Origin: an uncultured delta proteobacterium
Lineage (GTDB): Bacteria; Desulfobacterota; Binatia; JACPRU01
NCBI GenBank assembly: GCA_963790365.1
Contig: CAWBOU010000043.1
Location: 12,732-76,731, forward strand
Direction of reading: 5' to 3'
Length of the DNA stretch: 64,000 bases
Below are positions 1 to 9,933 of this stretch, piece by piece (within the stretch, counting starts at the first letter, position 1; the number at the start of each line of letters is the position of its first letter). The position numbers and the translations under genes are program-made. The notes beneath the pieces are model-generated. The model was not told where the DNA came from, ran no database searches, and saw only the letters and a list, made by a program, of their open reading frames with translations.

Positions 1-1051
1 GCACCATCCCCCAGCGGCGGAACTGCGATAGCCACCAGATGCCGTGCGACTTCCACGGGAAGTTCACGCCGCGCTCGGAGAAGCGCATGTAGTCGTCGTC
101 CTGGTGCTCGCCCTCGCCCGCGCCGTGGTCGTACTTGCCGAGCATCCGACCGAGGATGATTTCCTTCGGACAGTTGATGTAGGCGGGCCGCGAGACGATC
201 TCGGCGACCTCCGGCCGATTCTCGAGCTTGTCGATGAAGACGCTCGAGTGATGGAGCGCGCGCAGTACGGCCCGCACCGTCTTCGGGTTCTCGGCCGCGA
301 ATTCCTCGGTGAACGCGCAGACCTTCTCGGGGTGATCCTTCCAGATCGCCTGCGTGGTGGTCGCGGTGAAGCCGATCTTGTCGGCGATCGCGCGCGCATT
401 CCACGGCTCGCCGACGCAGAAGCCGTCCATCTTGCCGACCTTCATGTTCGCGACCATCTGCGGCGGCGGGATGGTGATCAGCGAGACGTCCTTGTCAGGA
501 TTGATGCCGCCGGACGCGAGCCAGTAGCGCATCCACATCGCGTGCGTGCCGGGCGGAAAGGTCATCGCGAACGTGCGCGGCGGCTTCCCTTCCGCCTTCT
601 CCGCATCGATCAGCTTCTTCAGATCCTGCGGCGTGCGCACGCCCTTTTGCTTCAGTTCGTTGTTCAGCGTGATCGCTTGCCCGTTGTAGTTGAGCACCCA
701 CGGGATGATCATCGGCTTCACGGGCGCGCCGAAGAGACCCATCGTCGACGCGTAGGGCATGCCGTAGAGCATGTGCGTCGCCTGGTTCTCGCCGAGGTTC
801 AGCTTGTCGCGGATGACGGCCCACGAGGCTTCCTTCGAGACCGTGACGTCGAGCCCTTCCTTCGCGAAGAAGCCCTTCTCGTGCGCGATCACGATCGACG
901 AGTTGTCCGTGAGCGCGATGATGCCGATGCGGATCGCCGTCGTTTCCGGCGCATCCGAGGCGTAGACGCCGCCGCGCCAGCCGACGGGAAGCTGCGAGAG
1001 CAACGCTCCCGCGGCGGACAGCTTCAGCAGCTTTCTTCTCTTGATGGTCAT
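1..1051 (-). CDS. NrtA/CmpA/CynA-family ABC transporter substrate-binding protein (nitrate/cyanate/bicarbonate), 3' end runs off the window
   Basis: Manual minus-strand translation from ATG at 1051: MTIKRRKLLKLSAAGALL (Tat-like twin Arg), then IRIGIIALTDNSSIVIAHEKGFF, EASWAVIRDKL, TFAMTFPPGTHAMW, GFCVGEPWNARA, characteristic of this family. Not in the ORF track because it has no stop in the window. Confidence 0.85.
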   Translation of the reverse strand, partial: MTIKRRKLLKLSAAGALLSQLPVGWRGGVYASDAPETTAIRIGIIALTDNSSIVIAHEKGFFAKEGLDVTVSKEASWAVIRDKLNLGENQATHMLYGMPYASTMGLFGAPVKPMIIPWVLNYNGQAITLNNELKQKGVRTPQDLKKLIDAEKAEGKPPRTFAMTFPPGTHAMWMRYWLASGGINPDKDVSLITIPPPQMVANMKVGKMDGFCVGEPWNARAIADKIGFTATTTQAIWKDHPEKVCAFTEEFAAENPKTVRAVLRALHHSSVFIDKLENRPEVAEIVSRPAYINCPKEIILGRMLGKYDHGAGEGEHQDDDYMRFSERGVNFPWKSHGIWWLSQFRRWGMV

Positions 1052-1082
1052 TTCTTTCCTTTTCGATTCACCGGGCCTCGTG

Positions 1083-1171
1083 GGCATCGTCGTTGCTTAT
1101 GACTTCCCCCCGTGGAGCCTGATCCTGCTTCGCGGCGCGGACACGGAACGGAAAAGAGCAACGGCGGTGCC
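1083..1171. promoter_or_regulatory. 15-bp imperfect inverted repeat (arms 1083-1097 and 1157-1171) in the divergent nrtA/LysR intergenic region
   Basis: GGCATCGTCGTTGCT ... AGCAACGGCGGTGCC pair with two G-T wobbles. Each arm contains a C-AACG(A/G)C-G hexaloop-like motif. Confidence 0.45.
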
Positions 1172-1308
1172 AAAGAACGAACGACCCCGGGGAGTTCGCG
1201 CGTGAGGCGCGAGCCTCCGGAACGTGCTCAGTGCTTGGGCATCCCGCTCACTCCCTGTGCACGCCGAGCAACAATCGCGGGTGCGGATGCGCGGAGTCCG
1301 CTTCGGTT

Positions 1309-2217
1309 ATGATCGAGCTGAAGCAACTGAAAATCTTCCGGACGGTCGTCGACGTCGGCAGCTTCACCGGCGCCGGCGAGCATCTCGGCATGAGCCAGCC
1401 GGCGATCAGCCAACACATCCGCGCGCTCGAGGAAGAGCTCGGCGTGCCGCTCCTCCTCCGCACCGCGCGCTCGCTGCAGATCACGCCGGCGGGCGACATG
1501 CTGCTTCACTGCGCGCGCCAGGTGCTCGACAAGATCGAAGAGACGCGGCGGCGCGTGGAGGATCATGCGCGCGGCCGTGCGGGCCTCGTGCGCGTCGGCA
1601 CGCCCGAGCCGCCGTGCAACTATCTCCTGCCGGAAGTCCTCGTGGAGCTGAAGCGACGCTTCCCGCGAATCGACGTTCGAGTCGTCAGCGGCCACACCGC
1701 CGAGACGCTCGCGCGACTCGTGGCGGGCGAGCTCGACGTCGCGCTCTTGCCGCTACCGGTCGAAGCCGGGAAGCTCCGCATCGTCGAGGTCGGACGCGAC
1801 GAGCTCGTCGCGCTCGTGCCGCCCGATCACGCGTGGGCGCAGATGCCGTTCGTCACCGCCCGCGATTTCGACAAGGAATCGCTCCTCGTCTACGACCGCG
1901 CGAGCCAGATCACGGAGCTCACGCTCGGGTTTCTGCTCGCGGACGGGGTCTTTCCGCGAATCGCCGCCGAGGTCGATCACCTCGAGGCGCTGAAGCAGCT
2001 CGCGCAGCGGAAGCTCGGCATCGCGGTCGCGCCGGTGTGGTCCGCGCGGCGCGAGCTCGAAGCCGGGTTGCTCGTGTCGGTACGGCTCGGGCCGACCGGC
2101 CTGACGCGCGCTTGGGGCGTGCTGCACGCCGACCGCCAGCCCTACCCCGCGACGCTCCGCGCGCTCGTGCAGCTCTTCGCGGAAGCGCTGCCGCCGCTGT
2201 TCGCTCGCGCCGCTTGA
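1309..2217 (+). CDS. LysR-family transcriptional regulator (CynR/CmpR-like by context)
   Basis: MIELKQLKIFRTVVDVGSFTGAGEHLGMSQPAISQHIRALEEELG helix-turn-helix followed by a substrate-binding domain. Start moved to ATG 1309. Confidence 0.92.
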   Translation: MIELKQLKIFRTVVDVGSFTGAGEHLGMSQPAISQHIRALEEELGVPLLLRTARSLQITPAGDMLLHCARQVLDKIEETRRRVEDHARGRAGLVRVGTPEPPCNYLLPEVLVELKRRFPRIDVRVVSGHTAETLARLVAGELDVALLPLPVEAGKLRIVEVGRDELVALVPPDHAWAQMPFVTARDFDKESLLVYDRASQITELTLGFLLADGVFPRIAAEVDHLEALKQLAQRKLGIAVAPVWSARRELEAGLLVSVRLGPTGLTRAWGVLHADRQPYPATLRALVQLFAEALPPLFARAA

Positions 2218-2236
2218 ATCAGGCTTGGCGCAGGAA

Positions 2237-3091
2237 CTAGCGCGCTTGGCGGATCCGCTCGAGCACCGGCATCAAGTGCCGGCGAAACGCTTCCGGATTC
2301 TCGCACATCGGGAAGTGCCCGACGTTCTTCATCTCGGTGAACTCGGAGCCCTTCACGCGATCGGCGAGCGCCTTCACATCTTCCGGCGACGCGGACCAAT
2401 CGTACTCGCCGCCGAGCAGGTAGACGGCGCACTTCTTCGAGTCGATCTGCTCCGCCGTCTCGCTGAGGTCGTGCTCCTGTGAATAGTAGTAGAGATCGCC
2501 ACGGAACACGGGCGGCGCGCCCTGGCTGTAGATCCAGGTCGTCTCCTGCTTGAACGGCTCGGGGCTCTGCGGCGCCATCAGCGTGTACATGAGGCTCGGC
2601 TTCGAGCCGTTCGAGAGCCGCGGATGGTTGAACCACTCGAGCAGCGTGTCCGTCCCCTTGCTGGAGACCGCGCTTTCGACGCCGATCACGGCGCGGAATT
2701 CCTCGGGATGGTGGAGCGCCAAGTCGCCGGCGAGATGTCCGCCCATCGAGCAGCCCATGTAGACCGGCCGATCGAGCTCGAGCTCGTGCGCGAGCGTGAC
2801 GATGAACTTCATGAAGAACGCCTGCGTGAGCTTGTACTCGCGCTTCCACCACTCGACGCCGACCGGCGGCAGCGACTTCCCGTGATACGGCAGATCGTGC
2901 GCGATGAGGCGGAAGCTTCGCGTGATCTCCGGATCCTCGAGGAGATGGCGCCATTGGCGTCCGTCCGCGCCGGCCGTGTGCTGCAGGATCAGTGGAATCC
3001 CCTGCCCCGCCTCCTCGAAGTAAACGCGGTACTCGACGCCGTCGACGGGGAAGTAGACGTAACGTCCGCGAACGTCGGCGAAGCGCGCCAT
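2237..3091 (-). CDS. Alpha/beta-fold hydrolase
   Basis: Start ATG 3091 overlaps the upstream stop (TGATG). Motifs LQHTAGADGRQW, DLPYHGKS, nucleophile GCSMGG, GGEYDWS, C-terminal GHFPM. Confidence 0.85.
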   Translation of the reverse strand: MARFADVRGRYVYFPVDGVEYRVYFEEAGQGIPLILQHTAGADGRQWRHLLEDPEITRSFRLIAHDLPYHGKSLPPVGVEWWKREYKLTQAFFMKFIVTLAHELELDRPVYMGCSMGGHLAGDLALHHPEEFRAVIGVESAVSSKGTDTLLEWFNHPRLSNGSKPSLMYTLMAPQSPEPFKQETTWIYSQGAPPVFRGDLYYYSQEHDLSETAEQIDSKKCAVYLLGGEYDWSASPEDVKALADRVKGSEFTEMKNVGHFPMCENPEAFRRHLMPVLERIRQAR

Positions 3092-3474
3092 CACGCGCGC
3101 CTCATGACGTCGACGACGCGCCGAAGCGCGGCGTGATACGCGAAGAACGATTCGACGTCGCCGCCGAGCACGAAGCCGTGACGGAGGAGCGCCGAGGCCA
3201 CGTCTTGATAGAACGGTCGCGGCTCCGGCGCGAAGATCTCGCGCCAACCGTCGGCCGGGCCCGACACCTCGAAGTCCCAGGCATCGAAGTGCGTGGGCGC
3301 GAGGTTCACATCGACGAGCCGACCGTCGCGAACGCGGAAGACGTACGCTTCCTCGGGGCCCATCCCGAAGCGAAAGCTCCCGTTCCAGAAGCGCGCCGCG
3401 AGCTGGAACTCGGGATCGCCGTTCACGGCCTCGACGATCGCGGCGCGGTTGCCCTCGTGGATGCGGCGGCTCAC
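3091..3474 (-). CDS. Small hypothetical protein, SCP2/sterol-carrier-like by pattern
   Basis: 127-aa ORF translationally coupled to the hydrolase. NGDPEFQLAARFW..FRVRDGRL..WDFEVSGPADGWREI pattern resembles the SCP2 fold. Confidence 0.55.
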   Translation of the reverse strand: MSRRIHEGNRAAIVEAVNGDPEFQLAARFWNGSFRFGMGPEEAYVFRVRDGRLVDVNLAPTHFDAWDFEVSGPADGWREIFAPEPRPFYQDVASALLRHGFVLGGDVESFFAYHAALRRVVDVMRRA

Positions 3475-3522
3475 ATCCCGCTCCTAACGAGATCTCGTTG
3501 ACTCGGCAATCCGGAACGCCTC

Positions 3523-5265
3523 CTACCGGAGGGAACGCCGCCGATCGCGACGCCACCAGCGATTCGCGAGAGTGGCAGCGAGGCCCCCGGTGAAGAGGCC
3601 GACCACGAGAAACGCGACGAGATGTCGGCGGCCGGGACGCGCGGGAAGGAGACGCCGAGCCCAGGATTCGCCGGTCGAGGAATCCGCTTCGCCGACCAGC
3701 CTGCGTGCGATCGCTTCGGCGCCGTCACGGGAGATGCCGGTCACCGGCATTCGCGCCGCAACATCGTCGAACGTCGGATGAAGGATGCGGTTACGGACCC
3801 ACGCGACGCGCTGCGCCTCGCCCGTCGCCGCGCGAACCTCTTGGCGCGCCTCGCGCAACGCCGCGTCCCCGCCCGCGGCATCGAGCGCGCGGAGGCGCTC
3901 GAGGTAGGTGGGGTCGGCGAGTCGCTGATCGATGCTCGCGATCAGCGCAGCACGATCGAGAGCGGGGCCTTCCTGACCGCCGAGGCCGTCTAGCCGGTGG
4001 CACCCGAGGCAGCCTTTGTCCGCGATCAACGAGGCGGGATCGGTGAGCGAGTCGAGGTTGTACGGATGTCGATTCTCGCCGTCTTCCCGCATCGCCAAGA
4101 CGGCGGACGTCGCGCCGTCCACGGGCAAGATCGGCACCACGTACAGCGCGTCGGCGCCGAGCGCGACGCCGACGACCATCTGCGGGCTGCCCCCGCGGTG
4201 GCGTAGCAACGGTCGCGGCGGCTCGACGAGATGCCGCTTCTCGACGTCGAACGGCACGACATAGACGCCGGCGGACGACATCGCCGAGGCCGCGAGCACG
4301 AAGGAGCCGCGCGCTCGCGACAGTACCGTCGAGCTCGGGGGCACGTAGGCGAGCTGCACCGGACCGAGCGGCGGATGGAAGAACGCCTGCGCGCGAGCAC
4401 CGAGCGTCATGTCGGTTCCGGACCAGAGATAGTCGGCTCCGCGCTCGATCTCGAGAAAGCGATCGACGGAGCGCCCGTTGTCCGTCGCGAACAAACGGTC
4501 GTGCACGAATTCGAGCCCGAACGGATTTCGCAGGCCGAACGCCCACACGAAGCTAGCCGGCGCACGAGCGGCGGCGACGTCGTAGTAGGGATTGTCGGGC
4601 GAAGCCTCTCCGTCGATCGTCAGGCGCAGGATCTTGCCGAGCGGGGAATCGAGCCGGCGACTATGCGCGGTCTGCCGACCGTCGCCGATGGCCACGTAGA
4701 GATCATCGCCATGAACTCGGCAGGGGCCGATTTGGTGGGACACGGCGGCGCGGAAGGAACCGAGGAGCCCCTCGGCGATGGGAGTCGTCCTCACGGGAGC
4801 AAGCGCCAAGCGGCCTGACTCCGTTTCGAAACGGGCGATGCGGTTCCGCAGCGTACCGGCCGGCTCGAAATCCGCGTACGTGACGAAGACGTGTCCCCGT
4901 CGCTCGTCGAGGCAGATCCCTGCGAGCCCGACTTCCCCTTCCGCCGCGGGGAGCTCGCGGGCCGGGGCTCGTCGAACGAAGCCTTCGGCAAAGGTGCGGA
5001 CTCGTCGGTCGCGGGTGACGACCTTCACCGAGCCGGCGATCTCGGTGACGAAGTAGATCGGATCGTCGGGACTCGGGCCGGGATTCGCGACGACGGCGAT
5101 CGACGTCGGCATTTGGAAGCCGCGCGCGTGGATCTCGACCGAAAGACCGTCGTCGGCGGCCCATTGGCTTCTCCAGTCCTCCGCTCCAGCCGCGCTCGGC
5201 ACCGCCGCATCTCCGGCAACGGCGAAGACCGCGAGCGCCGAGACGACTGCCGTCAGGCGTCTCAT
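3523..5265 (-). CDS. PQQ-type glucose/sorbosone dehydrogenase beta-propeller fused to a c-type heme domain and a C-terminal membrane anchor
   Basis: Start ATG 5265 (ATGA overlap) with a signal peptide. Propeller motifs SHQIG, LYVAIGDG, LGKILR, WAFGLRNPFGL, DNG; CxxCH (GCLGCHR) near 4010; hydrophobic helix plus RWWRRDRRR tail. Confidence 0.8.
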   Translation of the reverse strand: MRRLTAVVSALAVFAVAGDAAVPSAAGAEDWRSQWAADDGLSVEIHARGFQMPTSIAVVANPGPSPDDPIYFVTEIAGSVKVVTRDRRVRTFAEGFVRRAPARELPAAEGEVGLAGICLDERRGHVFVTYADFEPAGTLRNRIARFETESGRLALAPVRTTPIAEGLLGSFRAAVSHQIGPCRVHGDDLYVAIGDGRQTAHSRRLDSPLGKILRLTIDGEASPDNPYYDVAAARAPASFVWAFGLRNPFGLEFVHDRLFATDNGRSVDRFLEIERGADYLWSGTDMTLGARAQAFFHPPLGPVQLAYVPPSSTVLSRARGSFVLAASAMSSAGVYVVPFDVEKRHLVEPPRPLLRHRGGSPQMVVGVALGADALYVVPILPVDGATSAVLAMREDGENRHPYNLDSLTDPASLIADKGCLGCHRLDGLGGQEGPALDRAALIASIDQRLADPTYLERLRALDAAGGDAALREARQEVRAATGEAQRVAWVRNRILHPTFDDVAARMPVTGISRDGAEAIARRLVGEADSSTGESWARRLLPARPGRRHLVAFLVVGLFTGGLAATLANRWWRRDRRRSLR

Positions 5266-7487
5266 CCCGGGGGCTCGGGCGCGGCCGGCCGCACTCCACA
5301 GACGGCCCAGACCGAAATCGTGGCGACCACGGCGAGGATCGCCCATGCGACCGCGATCATGGCGCGAAGATATCGCGGTTGATAGCGGAAGCGAACCTCG
5401 TGAGGCCCCGCGTCGACCTCGATCGCGCGAAAGAGGAAATTCGCACCTTTCACCTCGACGCTGCGGCCGTCGACTTCGGCTTCCCAGCTCCGCGCCCAGC
5501 GATCGGTGACCAACAGCCAGCCGCGCGCCGGTGCTTCCACCTCGAACGAGAGCTCCTCGGGGCGATACGAGATCAGCCTCGCACCGAGTGGCGTCATCGG
5601 CATCGCCGCGGAAATCGCGGCGACGTCCGCCTTCGCATCGTCGTTCGCCGTGCGCGACGCGGCGCCCGCTAGCATCGCCGTCCTCGAGTGGAGAACGAGC
5701 GGCGGAGCTCCGACCACCTTGGCACGCTGGGCGAAGGCGTCGAATGCGGATGCGATCGGCGGGACTTCGACGGCGTGCGGCGAAAACCAAGTTCGTTCCG
5801 CGCCCGTCGCCGCGGCGAGGAGCACGGGATGGGCGGCCGTCGCATGATGAAGCGCATGGTCCGCCGTCGAGTTCGAGAAGAAGACCGGAATCCGATCGAT
5901 CAACTGGTCGGAGGTGAGGACCTCACAGGACGGGTCGCGACACGCGCGCTCCTTGCGAATCCATCCGACGCCGCTCAGGTCGAGAAGGGAAGAATGCGAC
6001 CGGTCGAGCGCGGACCAGCGCTCGCGCGAACGATCGTCGACCCCGTACGTCGTGTGCCGCGTGATCGGTGCGGTGATCGCCGCATCGGCGATCGCAACGA
6101 GGGCGAGAAGCAGCGAAAAGGAACCCGCTGTGGTGCGCCACCGTAGGGCCCACCAGCCGGCAATGATGGAAAGACCGCCCCAAGCAGCGGCCGCATGAAG
6201 CCAGCCGGCGGCGTGCACGATCGAGGGTGCGCGCGCCGCCGGAGAGCTCCCCAGCACCACTGCCGTCGTCGCCGTCGCAACGAGCGCACTCGCCAGCGCG
6301 GCAGCGGCGAGCCACCGGAAGAATGTCGCATCGGTCCGGCGCTCGCTCATCTCCCGCGCCCCGAGACTCGCCAGCACGACCAGGCCAAACATGAAGTAAA
6401 CGCGAAAGATCGCCGCATGGCGGAAGAACCGCGTCGGCGGAAGAAGATCGTACAGCCACCCGCGAACGGGGAGCGTTCGCCCGAGACTCGCGGCAAGCGC
6501 GAGCGCCGCCACGATCGCGATCAACGGCGCGAAGCGGCTCGGGCCTCGCCACGCGAGAGACACGATGGCCAGCGCGAGAATCACGGGCCCCACGTAGACG
6601 CTCATCATGGAGATGTCGGTGCCGGGTGACACCTCAGCCGGCGCGAAACGCTTGAGACGCGTTTGCACGGGCGACGCGAGCGTCGTCAGGTTCACCGGCG
6701 AAAGCGAGTTTGCGAGCGCTGCCTCACGCGCAACGGCGCGGGCCCGCTCGTGAACACCCGCAGATTCGTGGAGCAGTCCCCGCGCCACCGGCAGGAACAC
6801 AGGCATCCCCACGACAACGAAGAGCGCGAGCGAAGCGGAGCCGCGACGCACCATCGCAATCGAAGGACGTTCGAGCACGCGGGCCCCGGCCCACAACCCC
6901 ACGAAACCCGCGGACAGGATCGTCAGGCCGGGGTACCCCGAAATCGCCGACAGCCCCCACAGCGCTCCCGCTTCGCACGCGGGCAGAATCCGTCCGTCGA
7001 GCAGCGCGACGTCGAGACGCCAGACGATCCACGGCAGCAGGGCAACCGAAACGATCCAAGAAAAATGCTCCGCATTCCCGGTGAACACGCCGCCGAAGGA
7101 GAAGCCGAGCGCGATCGCCAACGCGGCGCCAGGCGGCGATCCGAGGTGACGGGCGAGAGCGATGAGTCCGACGCCGCCGAGGCACCAGACGAAGAGCCAG
7201 GAGAGCAAATAGCCGTGAGTCGAAGGACCGAAGACGAGGCCGAGCGAGAGCCGGAGGGGCGAGAGCGTCCCGACCTGAGGATCCGCGAAAATCGGCAATC
7301 CTCCGTCCGTCCACGGATCCCACAGGACCCACGCGGCCGAGCGGGCCGCGTCGGCAAGCAATGCGTGATAGGCGACGAACTGCCGATCAGCGTCCCAGAG
7401 ACCCGCCGCACGGCCGAGCAGCACGGGAAGATTCGCGACGAGGATCGTCGCGAGGAGCACGGCAACGGCGACGGCGAACCCACCCAT
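5262..7487 (-). CDS. YfhO-family multi-pass membrane protein (GT-C-like)
   Basis: Many transmembrane segments, LWDPWTDGGLPIFADPQ near the N-terminus, and a C-terminal GWLLVTDRWARSWEAEVDG..ANFLFRAIEVDAGPHEVRFRYQP typical of YfhO. Start set at ATG 7487. Confidence 0.75.
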   Translation of the reverse strand: MGGFAVAVAVLLATILVANLPVLLGRAAGLWDADRQFVAYHALLADAARSAAWVLWDPWTDGGLPIFADPQVGTLSPLRLSLGLVFGPSTHGYLLSWLFVWCLGGVGLIALARHLGSPPGAALAIALGFSFGGVFTGNAEHFSWIVSVALLPWIVWRLDVALLDGRILPACEAGALWGLSAISGYPGLTILSAGFVGLWAGARVLERPSIAMVRRGSASLALFVVVGMPVFLPVARGLLHESAGVHERARAVAREAALANSLSPVNLTTLASPVQTRLKRFAPAEVSPGTDISMMSVYVGPVILALAIVSLAWRGPSRFAPLIAIVAALALAASLGRTLPVRGWLYDLLPPTRFFRHAAIFRVYFMFGLVVLASLGAREMSERRTDATFFRWLAAAALASALVATATTAVVLGSSPAARAPSIVHAAGWLHAAAAWGGLSIIAGWWALRWRTTAGSFSLLLALVAIADAAITAPITRHTTYGVDDRSRERWSALDRSHSSLLDLSGVGWIRKERACRDPSCEVLTSDQLIDRIPVFFSNSTADHALHHATAAHPVLLAAATGAERTWFSPHAVEVPPIASAFDAFAQRAKVVGAPPLVLHSRTAMLAGAASRTANDDAKADVAAISAAMPMTPLGARLISYRPEELSFEVEAPARGWLLVTDRWARSWEAEVDGRSVEVKGANFLFRAIEVDAGPHEVRFRYQPRYLRAMIAVAWAILAVVATISVWAVCGVRPAAPEPPG

Positions 7488-7575
7488 CGCGGGCGATCGT
7501 ATCGACAGGGTCGGACGGCCACAAACTCGTCCGCATCGTTGACTCGGCGATCGGGAACGCGTGAGAACCGCGCCC

Positions 7576-8505
7576 ATGGCCTGGACCGTCTCCGACATGC
7601 CCGACCTCGCGGGTCGTACGATCGTCGTCACCGGCGCGAACAGCGGCCTCGGCTACGAAGGCGCGCACGCGTTCGCCGGCAAGGGCGCGCACGTCGTCAT
7701 GGCGTGCCGCGACGCGGAAAAAGGTGCGAGCGCGAAAGCGAAGATCGTCGCCGAGCACCCCGGCGCGCGCGTCGAGGTGATGGCGCTCGACCTCGCGAGC
7801 CTCACCTCGATCCGCCGATTCGCCGAAGAGCTCTCGCCGCGCGTCCAGCGGATCGACGCGCTCTGCAACAACGCCGGCGTGATGGCGCTGCCACGGCGCG
7901 AGACCGCCGACGGCTTCGAGATGCAGATCGGCACGAACCACTTCGGGCATTTCGCGCTGACCGGGCTGCTGCTGCCGAAGCTCCTCGCGACGCCGGGCGC
8001 ACGCATCGTCACGCAGTCGAGCGGCGCGCATCGCGGCGGCCGGATCAGCTTCGACGACATCCACAGCCAACGGCGCTACAGCAAATGGCCCGCGTATTGT
8101 CAGAGCAAGCTCGCGAACCTGCTCTTCATGTTCGAGCTCGATCGGCGCCTGCGCGCGAAGGGCGCGAACGCCGTCAGCGTCGCCTGCCATCCGGGCTATT
8201 CCGCGACCGAGCTTCAAGGCGCCGGGCCGCGCATGGAAGGCTCGAGCTTCATGGAGCGGATCATGGAGCTCGGCAACCGGCTGTTCGCACAGGACGCCGC
8301 CACGGGCGCGCTGCCGATGCTCTACGCGGCGACCGCGGCGGACGTCGCCGGCGGAGAATACTGGGGCCCGAACGGCTTCGGCGAGCTCTGGGGCGCGCCG
8401 AAGCGCGTGCCGACGACGAAGCGCGCGCGAAACGTCGACGACGCGCGCCGGCTCTGGACGGTCTCCGAAGAAGCCACGGGCGTCCGGTACGAGGCGCTCG
8501 CATGA
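7576..8505 (+). CDS. Short-chain dehydrogenase/reductase (retinol-dehydrogenase-like)
   Basis: TGANSGLG, NNAG, NHFGHF and YCQSK (YxxxK) motifs. Confidence 0.92.
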   Translation: MAWTVSDMPDLAGRTIVVTGANSGLGYEGAHAFAGKGAHVVMACRDAEKGASAKAKIVAEHPGARVEVMALDLASLTSIRRFAEELSPRVQRIDALCNNAGVMALPRRETADGFEMQIGTNHFGHFALTGLLLPKLLATPGARIVTQSSGAHRGGRISFDDIHSQRRYSKWPAYCQSKLANLLFMFELDRRLRAKGANAVSVACHPGYSATELQGAGPRMEGSSFMERIMELGNRLFAQDAATGALPMLYAATAADVAGGEYWGPNGFGELWGAPKRVPTTKRARNVDDARRLWTVSEEATGVRYEALA

Positions 8506-9833
8506 GCCTCACCCGCGCGCTCGTCGGCTCGGTGCGCGGTCTCCGGTTCGAAGACGTCCCCGAGGAGGCGCGCGAAGTCGGGCGGCACTGCCTTCTCGAT
8601 TTCCTCGGGTGTGCGATCGCGGGCTCGCGGGAGCCGCTCGTCGAGATCCTGGTGAATGCCGTCGCCCGCGGCGAAGGCTCGAGCGAGGCCGCGCTGGTCG
8701 CGCGGAGCGAGCGCGCTTCGCGGCTCACGGCCGCGCTCGTGAACGGCGCCGCAGGCCACGCGCTCGATTTCGACGACACGCACATGGCGATGAACGGGCA
8801 TCCGTCGGTGCCCGTGCTGCCGGCGCTCCTCACGCTCGCCGAGAGCGAGAAGGCGTGCGGACGAAGCCTCCTCACCGCGCTCGTCGCCGGCATCGAGCTC
8901 GAGTGTCGGCTCGGGATCCTCCTCGGCCTCCGCCACTACGACGTCGGCTTCCACACGACCGGCACGATCGGCACGTTCGGCGCGGCGGCGGCATGCGCTC
9001 ACCTCCTCCGTCTCGACGAAGACGGCTGGCTCCGCGCGATCGGCCTCGCCGGCACCGAGGCCGCCGGGCTCAAGTCCGCGTTCGGCACGATGGCGAAGCC
9101 GCTTCACGCGGGCCGAGCCGCCTCGGCGGGGCTCCTCGCCGCACTCCTCGCGCGCGACGGATTCACCGCCGCGACCGACGTGCTCGAAGCGAAGCAGGGC
9201 TTCTTCGAGACGCATCACGGCACCGCGGCCGATCCGAAGCGCCTCGACGCGCTCGCCGGCCGATTCTACGTCCGCGAGACGCTCTTCAAGTACCACGCCG
9301 CGTGCTACCTCACCCACGCGCCGATCGAGGCGGCACGTCGCCTCCGTGAGGGCGGGCTCGAGCCCGATTCGATCGATCTCGTCACGCTGACGGTCTCGCC
9401 GATGCTGCTCGGCGTCTGCAGCATCCCCGAGCCGCGCACCGGGCTCGAAGGCAAGTTCAGCCTTCGTGCGACGACCGCGCTCGCGCTCCTCGGCGACGAT
9501 ACGGCGGCGCTCGCGACGTACTCGGACGCGAGGATGCGCGAAGCGAATCTGCTCCGTCTCCGCGACCGCGTGCTCGTCGAGACCGACGGCGATCTCGCGC
9601 CCACGCAAGCGCGCGTGCGGATCGCGGCCTCGGGCCGCCGGCTCAGGAGACCGCCGACAGCGGCGTGCCCGCGTCCGACCTCGCCGCGCAGCGCGCACGG
9701 CTCCGTGAGAAGTTCGTCGCCCTGACGGACGCCGCTATGCGGCTCGTCGAAGCTCGGCCTCGATCGCCGACGCCGCGCTCGGTGTCGATCGCGGCGCGTT
9801 CGCCGCGGATCTCCTCCTCTCTCAGAGGCCTAG
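8502..9833 (+). pseudogene. MmgE/PrpD-family protein with frameshift(s) in the 3' end (possibly sequencing indels; end coordinate approximate)
   Basis: From ATG 8502: LLDFLGCAIAG, NGAAGHALDFDD, GHPS, KPLHAG, FKYHAAC, GLEGKFS. Homologous sequence continues in another frame after about 9645 (ETADSGVPASDLAAQRARLREKF). Confidence 0.75.
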
Positions 9834-9933
9834 ATCAGGCTCGAAGAGCGGCGCCCCTACGTCGCCTACGCACACCTCAATGACGTCGAACTGAGAGGAC
9901 AGCAGGAGCCCGGTCACGAACGCGTTTCGTCTT

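Noticed and set aside
6663-9725. Apparent 1020-aa ORF, and likewise the long 5' extensions of 22071-24092, 25620-27200, 31227-33455 and 53535-56159
   Set aside because: Stop-free upstream run-ons in frame with real downstream genes (for 31227-33455, a by-product of the ALDH frameshifts). Real starts are supported by stop/start overlaps or domain boundaries, so these are not fusions.
9843-9860. Minus-strand GTAGGGGCGCCGC resembling a GTAG REP at the cassette edge
   Set aside because: Only one arm is present, with no complementary second arm, so it is too weak to call.
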